From Meiothermus sp. (lineage in GTDB: Bacteria > Deinococcota > Deinococci > Deinococcales > Thermaceae), in NCBI GenBank assembly GCA_033762915.1, contig JANRLD010000006.1:1-64000 (forward strand): 64,000 nucleotides of DNA, written 5' to 3'. This document shows positions 9,161 through 22,822 of the stretch, in pieces (positions within the stretch are counted from its first letter, which is position 1; every line of letters begins with the position of its first letter). Made by a program: the position numbers and the translations under genes. Below the pieces are notes generated by a model. That model was not told the DNA's origin. It made no database searches and worked only from the letters and a program-made list of their open reading frames with translations.

Positions 9161-10180
9161 TTACCTCGCCCTAATCGCGGTCCAGACTTCGTCGTAGATG
9201 CGCTGGTCACGGCCCAGGTCGAGGATGTAGTCGAGCTTGGAGAGGTCGGGGTAGATGGCGGGGTTTTTGAGGTCTTCGGGGCGGATGAAGGGCTTGGAGG
9301 CGGCGTTGGGGGAGCCAAAGCGGGTCCAGTTGGAAAGCTGTGCGCCCACCTTCGGATCGAGAATGTAGTTGATAAAGCGGTGGGCGGCCTCGGCGTTGGG
9401 GGCGCGGGCGGGAATCATCATGTTGTCCACCGAGAGGTTGCCCCCTTCCCTGGGCAGCACGAAGGCGAAATTGGGGTTTTCTGCAATGGCCCGCACCGCA
9501 TCGCCGTTGTAGACAATCGCCATCGCGGCCTGGCCGGCCAGCACCTTGTTCACCCCAGGAACGCCCGCCTCGAAGCTCAGAAAGCTGCGGTTGCGGCTGG
9601 CGTCGCGGATGAGTTGACCGGCCTTGCGGATGGCGTTGGGGTCGCGGCTGTTGATGCTCTGCCCCTGGAAGCGCAGGGCGATGCCCATCATCTCGCGTTG
9701 GTCGTCGATCAGGGCGAAGGGCACGCTGGGGTTGCTGAACAGCACCGACCAGCTGCTGGGCGGGGTGGGGAAGCGGTCCTTTCGGTAAAACAGCCCGGTG
9801 AAGCTGTATTGGTAGGCGATCGAGTATTTGTTCCCGGGGTCGAAGGAGGGGTTGCGCATCCGGGGCTCGAGATTCTTGATGTTCGGAATCTTGCTCTGCT
9901 GCAGCGGCTGCACCAGCTTCAGGTTGACCAGCGTGGGGATGATGTAGTGCGAGGGCACGATCAGGTCGAACTGCGCCGCGCCCCCGGCTTGTAGGCGGGC
10001 CAGCATGTCCTCGTTGGACTCGTAGAGGGTGATGCGGACCGGAATGCCCGTGGCTCTGGTGAACTGTTTGGGAATTTCGGGGTCCATGTACTCCGACCAG
10101 ATGAACACCCGCAACTCCTTAGGTTGGGCCAGCGCTAGCATGGTCAGAGCTAGCCCGACCAAAACAAAAAATCTTTTCAT
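9161..10180 (-). CDS. potD: Spermidine/putrescine ABC substrate-binding protein (PotD/PotF family)
   Basis: Signal peptide, WSEYMDP, YESNEDM, DLIVPS, PREGGNLSVDNM motifs. Confidence 0.85.
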   Translation of the reverse strand: MKRFFVLVGLALTMLALAQPKELRVFIWSEYMDPEIPKQFTRATGIPVRITLYESNEDMLARLQAGGAAQFDLIVPSHYIIPTLVNLKLVQPLQQSKIPNIKNLEPRMRNPSFDPGNKYSIAYQYSFTGLFYRKDRFPTPPSSWSVLFSNPSVPFALIDDQREMMGIALRFQGQSINSRDPNAIRKAGQLIRDASRNRSFLSFEAGVPGVNKVLAGQAAMAIVYNGDAVRAIAENPNFAFVLPREGGNLSVDNMMIPARAPNAEAAHRFINYILDPKVGAQLSNWTRFGSPNAASKPFIRPEDLKNPAIYPDLSKLDYILDLGRDQRIYDEVWTAIRAR

Positions 10181-10606
10181 GACAGCAAAAATATCATGGG
10201 TTGGTTAGAAAAAACATTTGCCCGGGATTACTTTATCCCGAGCATGAAGATAAAGATGATCCTGCTGACACAAAACGGAGCCAAGGCCAGACCATAACGG
10301 TGAGTTGCCTCCATACACACGTGCAAGTCCTGACCAGCATAACCACTCAACCAGCTCTAAAACTTGGCAAAGCCTTGGCTGTCATTGTCGAACGGAGCTT
10401 GTCGCTTTCAATCAAGGGTGCATTTTTACGCACCATGAACGTCGCTCGAGAACTTGGCGTCAAACGCTCGCACACTACTGGCTCGGCTACCCCAAAATGG
10501 TGTATGCAGCTTGAAAAGCCATTGCGGGAACCGCGTGGCACACCGCCGAGTTCACCAAAATCTGCTAGGAAAATGCACCTGGTAGACGCGGCACTACACG
10601 TGGGTC

Positions 10607-14007
<3,401 letters not shown>

Positions 14008-14011
<4 letters not shown>

Positions 14012-15294
14012 TGACCTCCCACCACGGTCACTTTTTGACCGCTCTGCAAACCACCGGGCAGGGGGAAGACAATCTTGGCGTTCGCGCCTAGGCCTTGCAG
14101 GGCAACTTGGCCCGAGGACTCGGCGAGGATGCGGACGGGCTGACGCTTGAGGGTGTCACCCTCGATGACGAAGACATAACTCTGGCCCTCGCTGGTCTGG
14201 AGTGCACCCGTAGGAGCCAGCACGCCGTTGGCCTGACGGATGCGGTACATCACTTGTACACTGCTTCCCGAGGTCAGCCCCGAGGTGTTCTGCCCGCCCA
14301 CGAAGCGCCCGTAGAGCTGCACCAGACGGTTGTCGCCCGCCACCTGGGCACTGCGGTACACGCGGCCCTCGTAGCGCTTGCCCGCGATGGTGTAGGTCAG
14401 ACCCGAGCCGACCGTCAGGCTGCTGGCATCGCCGGGCGAGACGGTCATGTTGACCCGCAGGCTGCTGCTATCCACCAAGCGAAACACACGGCTTCCGGTG
14501 TTGATGTACTCGCCCAGGTTGGGGTAGATATTCCCAATCTCGCCCGCGAAGGGGGCGCGAACAGCGGTGCGTGAAAGGCTGGTCTGAAGCTGGTCTAGTT
14601 GGTTCTGGGCCTGGGCTACCGCGATGCGGCGGCTCTCGAGCGTCTCACTCCCTGCCCGCTTGGTTTGCGCCAGGTTGGCCTCGGCCTGCTCGAGGTCGGC
14701 TCGAGCACTCTCGACTTGCGAACGGCTGTTTTGCAGATCGGTCTGCGAAATGCCACCCAGGTCGTAGAGGCGCTGGTTGGAGGCTAAGGTTTGCTCGGCC
14801 CGCTGTAGGGCAATCCTCGAGGCGTTCAAACGGGCTTGTTGTGTGCTTAAAGTCTCGGGTGTTTGGTTCGCGCTCTGACGCAGGCTGACCTGAGCATTTT
14901 GCAGCGAAAGCTGGGCGTTGGCGAGCTGCTGCGTTAGTGAGGTATCGTCCAAGCGCACAATTATCTCGCCCTTCCGCACCTTGTCACCCTCGCGCTTCAA
15001 AATCTGCACCACCTGCCCCGAAGCTTGCGCGGCCACGTTGGAATCGGTGGCGGCCTCGAGCGTCCCATTGGCACTGCGGGTGGTGCTCAACGTCCCCTGC
15101 CTCACCGTAAAAGCCCGCACGGGTACGGTGCTAACGGCGGTAGTGCTCTCTGCCTCTTTGGCAGCATTAGCATTCGGACGATTCGTTGGCTGACAGGCGG
15201 CTAGCGCGATAATCAGCAACCCAGCAAGCGCCCAAGCAGACCGCTTATGGCCGAGGGCTGATAGCCTTACTCCTTTGGCGCTCGACCTCCTCAT
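14008..15294 (-). CDS. RND periplasmic adaptor (MFP), lipoprotein-like
   Basis: SGQVVQILKREGDKVRKG, coiled coil, RAPFAG; LAAC lipobox. Confidence 0.9.
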
Positions 15295-16412
15295 CCCTGA
15301 CCCCCCATCATCCCGGTGCAGTCCACCCCGGCGCTCGTGGAGAGTGTGCCCAGCGCCCGCAGGTAGCTGTTCTCGGCTTGCAAGGCTTGGAAGGCCGAGC
15401 GCAGGGTGGCGACTTCGGTCTGCTGCAGCGCCAGTCTCGAGATCGTCCCACTGCGGAAGCGGGCTTGGTCTTGGGTCAGGGTTTTCTTGTTGTTCTCGAG
15501 GTCGGCGTTGCGAAGGCGCACTTGCTCTGCGGCGTTTTGTACCTGCCGCCAGGCATCGCGCAGGCTGGTCAGGGCGTTTTGGCGGGTGGTCTCGAGGTTG
15601 CGCCGGGCGTTCTCGAGGTTGGTCTTGTTGTCGCGCAGGGTGGTGGGGGCGGTGTAGTCGTTGTCGGAGAGCTGGACATTAAGTTCGTTGAGGGCAGCCT
15701 GCTGCGCGTTTTGCAGCACATTGACCGATCTCGCTTCGAGACCTTTCTCGAGGTCTTCCAACTTGCAACTGGTGGTCTTCAGCGCAGGTAGCTCAGCCAC
15801 GGTCAGATTCCCGCTCAGGCTGCGGCCCAGTTGGGTCTCGAGGCGATTGGACAATACGGACTGGTTGGCCTGAAGGTCGGTCAGGGTCTGGCGGCTGCCG
15901 GCCAGCGAGTTTTGCGCCTTGTCTACATCCAGTTGCGTCCCGTTGCGGGCTTGCAGGCGGGCGCGGGCTACCTCGAGGTTGCGCTGGTCGAGGGCCACTT
16001 GGGCAGTTTGCAGCTTGATGTTCTCCTGATTCTCGTACAGCGAAATATAGGCGTTGACGGCGTTGGAACCCGTGGACAGCCGGGTATTCTCGAGCCGCAC
16101 GGCCTCGAGTGCCGCCGTATTGCGGGCCTGCGTAAGCTGCACGATCAACACGCTGGGGTCGCCCTCTTTAGCCGCGAGGTCGGCCTTGGCGTTGGTCAGG
16201 GTGTTGTTCTGATTGCGCAAGTCCGCGCCTCCGGTGAAGGCTTGTTGGAGGGCAGAGTTTAGATTGAGTGCGTTTTGTGCAGATGCGGTTGAGAGGAACA
16301 AGGGCGAAACGGTGAACAGGGAAAAAGCTAGGGCGAGGGCTATACCTTTGACCTTTTGACCGATTGCGGCTCGAGGTTGGTGGATGGCTTGGCTGTTGAA
16401 AGGTTGATTCAT
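15291..16412 (-). CDS. TolC-family outer membrane factor
   Basis: Signal peptide, helical repeats (ARLQARNGTQLDV; ARFRSGTISRL), operon context. Confidence 0.8.
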   Translation of the reverse strand: MNQPFNSQAIHQPRAAIGQKVKGIALALAFSLFTVSPLFLSTASAQNALNLNSALQQAFTGGADLRNQNNTLTNAKADLAAKEGDPSVLIVQLTQARNTAALEAVRLENTRLSTGSNAVNAYISLYENQENIKLQTAQVALDQRNLEVARARLQARNGTQLDVDKAQNSLAGSRQTLTDLQANQSVLSNRLETQLGRSLSGNLTVAELPALKTTSCKLEDLEKGLEARSVNVLQNAQQAALNELNVQLSDNDYTAPTTLRDNKTNLENARRNLETTRQNALTSLRDAWRQVQNAAEQVRLRNADLENNKKTLTQDQARFRSGTISRLALQQTEVATLRSAFQALQAENSYLRALGTLSTSAGVDCTGMMGGQG

Positions 16413-17824
16413 TGCTGTCCTCCTAGATTGACGGGCAGTTGCTCGAACGCGCCGATGGCCCCGAGCAGACGGTAGACGGCGACCATTTGGGTGGCGGTGG
16501 CAGCCTCGAGGTCGCGCTGGGCCTGGCGCAGGTTGACCTGGGCCTGTTGCAGGTCGAGGGCGGTGTTGGTTCCGGCCTGACGGCGGGCTTGGGCGGTGCT
16601 GAGTGCTTGGGTAGCGTTGTCCACAGCGATACGAAAAGCCTTGATGCGGGCGGTGGCGGTGCTGGCCTCAAGGTAGCGCTGGCGCACATCGAGTTCGGCG
16701 GATTTGCCGGCAGAATGGAGCGATTTCTGTGCGGCCTCGATCTGGGTTTGGGCGGTGCGGATGCTGGCATCGCTGCTGGGGGCGACGAGGGGTAAGGAGA
16801 CCGACAGACCGAAGGTGAAGGTGTTGGTACTGGTAGCGCTGGGCTGGCTGGAGTTGATGCCGTTATAGGTCGCCCCTACGCTAGCGTTGCCACTTTGTAG
16901 GTCGAGGCTGGCGGAATAGCTGAGGCCCGCGCCCGTACCCCCCTGACCTCTGGGGCCATAGCCCAAGTTGACCGAAGTGGGTGGCAACCAGCGGTTGCGC
17001 TGCGCGATGATCAGGCTGTCCTGTGCGCCGTCGAGTTGGATTTGAGCCTTGCGAACGTCGCTGCGGCGTTGCAAGGCTTGAGCGATCAGGCTCTCGAGGC
17101 TCCCCTGCGGCAGCGGCAGCTCTTGGGGTGGAGTGTTCAGATTAACCGCACTCGGGCCTTGGCCCAACTGATTGAACAAGGTCAGCCGGGCGTTCTCGAG
17201 GCCCCCCTCGGCTTGCAGGCGGGTTACTTGGGCGTTCTCCAGGCCTTGCCGGGCTTGCAGCAGCCCCTCCTTGGTCAGTTGCCCCGCGCTCTGCTGGGCC
17301 ATAGAGATCCGCACCCGCTCGGCGGCCAGGGCCTGGTTGGCCTGGGCCAGCTCGAGGTCGGCCACGGCGTTTCGCACCGTGAAGTATTGATTGGCCAAGT
17401 TAAGTGCAAGGGTAGCGCGGGTGTCCCGCAGGTCTAGGGCGGCGGATTCGAAGTTTCTGGCCGCACTCCTGATTTGGTCGTTGGCTCCGGACCAGGGCAA
17501 CACGTTCAAGCTGGCCGTCAGACCCAAGCTATTGGTACTGCTGCTGTTGCCGCTTTCGGGGGCGCTGTAGTTGTAGCTCCCCGTGCCCCGGATTTGCAGC
17601 CCAGCGGCAGCGTAGGCGGCCTCGAGAGTGCGCTGGCTGTTCTGGAAGCGCAGGTCGGCGCTTTGCCAATCGGCGGACTGCGGTAGAGATTGTAGGGCTG
17701 TGGTCAGGGGCAGGTCGGCTTGGGCGAAACCCAACGAGCCGAGTCCGAGGAGCAACCCGAGGACTCGAGCGGCCTTTGGCGTTGGCCTTCGGCTTTTGGC
17801 CTTTGGCATGTTGATGTTATTCAC
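16409..17824 (-). CDS. TolC-family outer membrane factor
   Basis: ALQRRSDV, ARRQAGTNTALDL motifs; GAAGGAGG RBS before GTG 17824. Confidence 0.8.
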   Translation of the reverse strand: MNNINMPKAKSRRPTPKAARVLGLLLGLGSLGFAQADLPLTTALQSLPQSADWQSADLRFQNSQRTLEAAYAAAGLQIRGTGSYNYSAPESGNSSSTNSLGLTASLNVLPWSGANDQIRSAARNFESAALDLRDTRATLALNLANQYFTVRNAVADLELAQANQALAAERVRISMAQQSAGQLTKEGLLQARQGLENAQVTRLQAEGGLENARLTLFNQLGQGPSAVNLNTPPQELPLPQGSLESLIAQALQRRSDVRKAQIQLDGAQDSLIIAQRNRWLPPTSVNLGYGPRGQGGTGAGLSYSASLDLQSGNASVGATYNGINSSQPSATSTNTFTFGLSVSLPLVAPSSDASIRTAQTQIEAAQKSLHSAGKSAELDVRQRYLEASTATARIKAFRIAVDNATQALSTAQARRQAGTNTALDLQQAQVNLRQAQRDLEAATATQMVAVYRLLGAIGAFEQLPVNLGGQQ

Positions 17825-17971
17825 GACACCTCCTTCATGAATCGAAGTTTGGAGGGAGTGAATAAATCCAGTGGCAAGCCAATGTGTAGGTTTCTTCAAA
17901 ATCCAGCTCCGACAATCTTTACAGAAGCTTTCTACCCTTGGCTCATGCCCCAGAGCGATACAATCAACCTT

Positions 17972-18649
17972 GTGGCCGTAGTGCTGGTGGTTGAAGACGA
18001 ACCCGATATTGCCGAGATGCTCGAGGTCTACCTCAAGCGCGATGGCTATCGTACCGAGCGAGCAGCCGATGGTAAGACCGCGCTCAACCTCTACCGGGCG
18101 GTCAAGCCCGATCTGGTGCTGCTGGATGTGCAGCTACCCCAGGTAGACGGTCTCGAGGTCTTGCGTAAAATCCGCGCCGATGGCAATACCCCGGTGATTA
18201 TGGTCACGGCCCGCACTGAGGATTTGGACAAGTTGCTCGGTTTGGAATTGGGAGCCGACGACTATGTGAGTAAACCCTTTAGCGCCCGTGAAGTGGTTGC
18301 ACGGGTAAAGGCGGTGCTGCGCCGCAGCAACAACACCGACATCAGCGAGTTTTTGCGGGTGGGCAGCATCGAGATAGACCTGCGCCGGATGGTGGCCCAT
18401 GTGGGCGGGAAACGCCTCGAGCTGACCCCCACCGAGTTTCGCCTGCTACAAGCCTTGGCGCGGGAGCCGGGGCGGGTCTACAACCGCCAAGAACTGATGG
18501 ACGAGGCCCTGCCCGACTCCGACGCGCTGGAGCGGGTCGTTGATGTTCACCTAAAAAACCTGCGGAAAAAGCTGGAAGAGAACGGGGCCAAGGAAGCCCT
18601 CGAGACCGTGCGCGGGATGGGCTACCGCCTGTGGGTCGAGCATCCCTGA
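17972..18649 (+). CDS. OmpR/BaeR-family response regulator (alternative start 17945)
   Basis: LVVEDE, LLDVQLP, GADDYVSKPF, LTPTEF, VDVHLKNLRKKL, TVRGMGY. Confidence 0.93.
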   Translation: MAVVLVVEDEPDIAEMLEVYLKRDGYRTERAADGKTALNLYRAVKPDLVLLDVQLPQVDGLEVLRKIRADGNTPVIMVTARTEDLDKLLGLELGADDYVSKPFSAREVVARVKAVLRRSNNTDISEFLRVGSIEIDLRRMVAHVGGKRLELTPTEFRLLQALAREPGRVYNRQELMDEALPDSDALERVVDVHLKNLRKKLEENGAKEALETVRGMGYRLWVEHP

Positions 18650-18658
18650 GGATAAACT

Positions 18659-19765
18659 ATGCCTGATTCGTTCAATCTTAAGCGGCGCGATTTTTTTGTG
18701 CGGATCGCGTTGGGCATTGCGGCCATCGTAATCCTCTCTAACCTGACTGCCGCATTTTTCTTCACCTTACGCTTCAATAGTTTGAATACCGAGCAACGAC
18801 AGCAGATTGCCCAAGCTATTGCCGAGGGCCGCAGCCCGGAGGCTGCCCTTAGGGTGCCTTCGCCCTTTCTAATGACCGGGCCTTTCACCCTGGTTGTCCC
18901 GGTCGGGCTGGGCCTGCTGCTGGCTTGGGGGTTCTCGTTGAGGCTGGCCCGACCCATAGAGCGCATAAACCGGGCGGCCGCCGATTTATCAGCGGGAAAG
19001 CTGGACACCCGTATCAACCTCGAAGGCCAGATCGGCGAGTTTCGGCTGGTCGCCACCACGCTGAACCAGGTGGCGGAGTCGCTCGAGCGCCTCGAGAACG
19101 AGCGCAAGAGCATGATCGCCGACATTGCCCACGAGTTGCGAACACCGCTTACGGCTATTCGCACACGGCTTGAGGGCTTGGAAGATGGGTTGCTCGAGTT
19201 CACGCCCGGCGAGGTGCAGAAGTTGCAGTATCACACCTTGTTGCTCTCGAGACTAATCGAAGATTTGCGCACCCTATCGCTGGCCGATGCGGGGCAGCTT
19301 TCGCTCAAAAAGCGCCCGGTGGATCTGGCGGATTTGCTCGAGTCCACCTTGGAGGGCTTCGAGGCCAGGGCCAGGGAGAAGGGCGTGCAGCTCGAGGAGG
19401 AAGCTGCGCCCATACATCTCGAGGCCGACCCCGAGCGACTCACCCAGGTCATTTCCAATTTGGTGGACAACGCTTTGCGGTATACCCCCAGGGGGGGCAG
19501 CGTAAAGGTTTCGGTAGAGAACCTAAGCTCAGGGATTAAACTCAGCGTGCAAGACAGCGGCCCTGGTATCCCAGAGGAGGCATTACCGTATGTTTTCGAC
19601 CGCTTTTATCGAGGAGACTCCTCGAGGTCTCGAGACACTGGGGGCAGCGGGTTGGGCCTAGCGATTGTGCGGGCCTTGGTCCAACTGCATGGCGGGCAGG
19701 TCTCAGTGAAAAATGCCCAATCGGGGGGAGCCGTGTTTGAAATCAGGCTGCCCTCAAGGGTCTAG
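18659..19765 (+). CDS. Sensor histidine kinase (BaeS-like, HAMP-HisKA-HATPase)
   Basis: IAHELRTPL, NLVDNALRY, DSGPGI, GGSGLGL; two TMs. Confidence 0.93.
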   Translation: MPDSFNLKRRDFFVRIALGIAAIVILSNLTAAFFFTLRFNSLNTEQRQQIAQAIAEGRSPEAALRVPSPFLMTGPFTLVVPVGLGLLLAWGFSLRLARPIERINRAAADLSAGKLDTRINLEGQIGEFRLVATTLNQVAESLERLENERKSMIADIAHELRTPLTAIRTRLEGLEDGLLEFTPGEVQKLQYHTLLLSRLIEDLRTLSLADAGQLSLKKRPVDLADLLESTLEGFEARAREKGVQLEEEAAPIHLEADPERLTQVISNLVDNALRYTPRGGSVKVSVENLSSGIKLSVQDSGPGIPEEALPYVFDRFYRGDSSRSRDTGGSGLGLAIVRALVQLHGGQVSVKNAQSGGAVFEIRLPSRV

Positions 19766-19896
19766 GTGTCTGCATAGTTGGAATGCGAACGGTCGCCCCC
19801 CGGCTCCCGCAGGGAATTGCACCTCGGGTAGCCGCTCCGCTCAGGCACGAATATGCCCTATCCGCCGATTTCGCACTTCTACCCTGGCGCAACTTA
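19763..19896 (+). mobile_element. MITE family A copy A3
   Basis: TA|GGTGTCTGCATAGTTG...ACCCTGGCGCAACT|TA; similar along its length to A4. Confidence 0.75.
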
Positions 19897-19939
19897 GGAC
19901 CCCAGCTCAGATTGGTTCGCGTCGACGGGATCGCTCGAG

Positions 19940-19968
19940 TTGACAAACCTGATAAAACGATTTACCAT
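19940..19968 (+). promoter_or_regulatory. Sigma70 promoter with overlapping LacI-type operator
   Basis: TTGACA (19940-45), 17-bp spacer, TACCAT (19963-68); quasi-palindrome TAAAACGATTTA (19953-64) with central CG. Confidence 0.7.
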
Positions 19969-19976
19969 CTCCCTTA

Positions 19977-21014
19977 ATGAACAAAGAAAATCCGGCATAT
20001 AGTCGGAGTAGTGACTTGAGTGCAAAAGCCGCTGATGTCGCACGTCTAGCGGGAGTTTCGGTCAGTACCGTTTCGCTGGTACTGAACGGAAACGGGCGAA
20101 TTTCCGCAAAAACGATTGAACAAGTACGGGCCGCCGCCGCCCAGCTTAACTACGTCCCCAACGCCCAGGCCAGCGGCCTGCGCCGCCGCATCACCCACCG
20201 CATCGCGCTGGTGGTGCCCGATATCGGAAACTCGGTGTACGTTTCCATCGCCAAGTCCATCCAGCAGGTGGCCAAAGCCAAGGGCTATTACGTCTCGCTG
20301 GTCAGCACCGATGGCATAGAGGGGGCCGACATAGATGCCCTGCAACTCCTGCATGGCGGGCAGGTGGACGGGATGGTGCTGATCTCGCTCAAGTCCTCCA
20401 GGGCCCTCGAGCAGGGGCTCAAGCACCTGCAAAAACCCATCTGCGTGATCGGGCGGGTGCCGGGCAACCTGGGGGTTGACAACGTGCAAGCCAACTCCGA
20501 CCAGGGCGTGCGGCTGGCGGTAGAGCACCTGCTGGGTCTGGGGCGCAGGCGGCTGGTCTTCATCAACGGGCCGCTGGACACCAACCCCGCGGTGCAGCGC
20601 CTCGAGGGCTACCGCCAGTCCATCCGGGCAGCGGGCCTGGAGGAGCGGCTGGTGACGGCCGAGTTCACCCTCGAGGGGGGCTACGCCGCCGCCGAGGAAG
20701 CGCTGAACTCCTACCCCAACGCCGACGCGCTGGTGTGCGCCAACGACCTCTTGGGCATCGGAGCGCTCAAGTGGCTGCGGCAGAGGAAGATTCGGGTGCC
20801 CGAGGACATCGCGGTGAGCGGGATGGACGACATCCGAGAGTGCGAGATTTGCAGCCCCGCCCTCACCTCGGTCGCGCTGCACGCCGCCGAGCGCGGCCGG
20901 ATGGCGGCACAGATGCTCTTCGACCGGCTGAGCGGCGCATCCACCGGTAGTCCCATCCGGGTGGTACTCGAGCCCACCTTGCGCGTCCGCGAGTCCACCG
21001 GGGGGCAGCCATGA
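19977..21014 (+). CDS. LacI-family transcriptional regulator
   Basis: DVARLAGVSVSTVSLVLN HTH, YVPN hinge, CANDLLGIG, VPEDIAVSGMDD. Confidence 0.93.
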   Translation: MNKENPAYSRSSDLSAKAADVARLAGVSVSTVSLVLNGNGRISAKTIEQVRAAAAQLNYVPNAQASGLRRRITHRIALVVPDIGNSVYVSIAKSIQQVAKAKGYYVSLVSTDGIEGADIDALQLLHGGQVDGMVLISLKSSRALEQGLKHLQKPICVIGRVPGNLGVDNVQANSDQGVRLAVEHLLGLGRRRLVFINGPLDTNPAVQRLEGYRQSIRAAGLEERLVTAEFTLEGGYAAAEEALNSYPNADALVCANDLLGIGALKWLRQRKIRVPEDIAVSGMDDIRECEICSPALTSVALHAAERGRMAAQMLFDRLSGASTGSPIRVVLEPTLRVRESTGGQP

Positions 21015-21934
21015 GCCAGAGCACCCGCCGCTGGCCCAGCAACCGACTGTTGAGCGGTGAGGGCCGCGCCGTGGTGCCGTGGTGGCTCTTCCTGCCGAGC
21101 ATCATCCCGATCCTGATGTTCTCGGTACTGCCCTTGTTGCAGGGCATCTACCTGGGCTTCACCGATTACCAGCTGGGCGACGAGAGCGCCCGCTTCGTGG
21201 GTTTGGCCAATTTCGAAAAGATGCTGAGCGACGACCACTTCTGGGCGTCGTTTCGCATTGGGTTCATCTGGACCTTCTGGACAACGCTGGGGACGCTGGT
21301 ACTGGGGATGATTTTGGCGATGCTTCTGAACGCCAAGTTGCCGTTCCAGGGGCTGGCCAGGGTGCTGGTGCTGATTCCCTGGGCCATACCCCCAGTCATC
21401 AAGGGGCTGATGTGGCGGATGGTCTACCACCCAACCGCAGGCTTTCTCAATCAGTGGTTGCTGGCTGCCGGGCTGATCTCAGCCCCCATCAACGTGCTGG
21501 GCGACTTCACCTGGGCGCTGCCGGCAGTGATCGTGGTGGGAATTTGGGCGGGGCTGCCGCAGGCCACGGTAGTTTTCTTGGCAGGCCTCCAGTCCATCCC
21601 TGATGAACTCAAGGAGGCCGCGATGCTGGACGGAGCGGGCAGTTGGAATGTGTTCCGCCACGTCACGCTGCCCCTGATGATGCCGGTGATCGTGGCCACC
21701 GCCGCCCTCGAGCTGATGTGGAACTTCAACTCCTTCGGGCTGGTCTATGTGCTGACAGAGGGCGGCCCCGCCGGAACCACCAAACTGCCGATGCTGCTGG
21801 CCTACGAGGAGGCTTTCAGCTTCGGCAACATTGCCTACGCCTCAGCGCTGGGGCTGATGCTGGTCTTGATCGTGGGGGTGCTGGTCTACTTCATCGTGCG
21901 CAATCAGTACGCCAACGCCGGAGGTAAAACGTGA
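21011..21934 (+). CDS. Carbohydrate ABC permease (MalF-like)
   Basis: FVGLANF, LAGLQSIPDELKEAAMLDGA EAA motif. Confidence 0.92.
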   Translation: MSQSTRRWPSNRLLSGEGRAVVPWWLFLPSIIPILMFSVLPLLQGIYLGFTDYQLGDESARFVGLANFEKMLSDDHFWASFRIGFIWTFWTTLGTLVLGMILAMLLNAKLPFQGLARVLVLIPWAIPPVIKGLMWRMVYHPTAGFLNQWLLAAGLISAPINVLGDFTWALPAVIVVGIWAGLPQATVVFLAGLQSIPDELKEAAMLDGAGSWNVFRHVTLPLMMPVIVATAALELMWNFNSFGLVYVLTEGGPAGTTKLPMLLAYEEAFSFGNIAYASALGLMLVLIVGVLVYFIVRNQYANAGGKT

Positions 21935-22776
21935 TCGGCTACCGCTGGCAAAACCGCCTGGCCCGTTTCGGGATGAGCTTGCTGCTGCTGGCCTTTATCG
22001 CCTTTCTGGCTTTCCCGGTCGTCTGGCTGACTTCTACTGCCTTCAAGCCCGCCAACGAGGTAGGGCTGCAAAATCCAGCCCTGCTGCCCGCCCAGCCCAC
22101 CTTGGACAACTTCCGGGTGGCAGTGGTTGAACAGGGGGTGATGCAGAGCGCCGCCAACACCTTCAAAATTGCAGTGCTCTCGGCGCTGCTGACCCTGCTG
22201 GTGGCCCTGCCCGCGGCATACCTGCTGGCCCGGCGGCGCTCGAGGATGAACCAAGCGGTCACGGTTTGGATTCTGGTGACCCAGACCTTTCCCCTGATCC
22301 TCATCATCGTGCCGCTGTTTTTGATCTTAAGCCAGCTGGGACTGGTCAACACCCATACGGGCCTGATTCTGGTTTATGTGGTCTGGAGCCTGCCCTTCGT
22401 GCTGTGGATGCTGCAGGGCTACGTGCGGGGGATTCCGGTGCAACTCGAAGAGGCTGCCGCCGTGGACGGGGCCAGCCAGATCGACATCCTGGGCCGGATC
22501 ATCCTGCCGCTGCTGGTGCCGGGGTTGATCGCAACCGGTCTATACGCCTTTGTCAACGCCTGGAACGAGTTCTTCTTCGCCCTGGTGATGCTCAAGTCGC
22601 CCGACCTGGTGACCTTGCAGGTCAACCTGTCCCGGCTGCGTGGCGTCGAGGGGCTGGCCCGGTGGGGGCCACTGGCAGCGGGGAGCCTGATCGCAATCAT
22701 CCCGACCCTCATCGTGTTTGCGTTCATGCAGCGGCGGCTGGTCAGCGGGTTCTTGGCGGGCAGTGTGAAGGAATAG
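21931..22776 (+). CDS. Carbohydrate ABC permease (MalG-like)
   Basis: IPVQLEEAAAVDGAS, AWNEFFFA, GSVKE end. Confidence 0.92.
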   Translation: MIGYRWQNRLARFGMSLLLLAFIAFLAFPVVWLTSTAFKPANEVGLQNPALLPAQPTLDNFRVAVVEQGVMQSAANTFKIAVLSALLTLLVALPAAYLLARRRSRMNQAVTVWILVTQTFPLILIIVPLFLILSQLGLVNTHTGLILVYVVWSLPFVLWMLQGYVRGIPVQLEEAAAVDGASQIDILGRIILPLLVPGLIATGLYAFVNAWNEFFFALVMLKSPDLVTLQVNLSRLRGVEGLARWGPLAAGSLIAIIPTLIVFAFMQRRLVSGFLAGSVKE

Positions 22777-22822
22777 CTATCTGCCTCTTTTGGTAGTGAA
22801 CAGGTTCAACAGGAGGAAGCGT

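Noticed and set aside
10201..10606. ORFs 10201-10635 and 10305-10514, or a frameshifted small gene from ATG 10244
   Set aside because: Atypical codon usage, no recognisable motif; the join needs an unsupported frameshift. Left uncalled.
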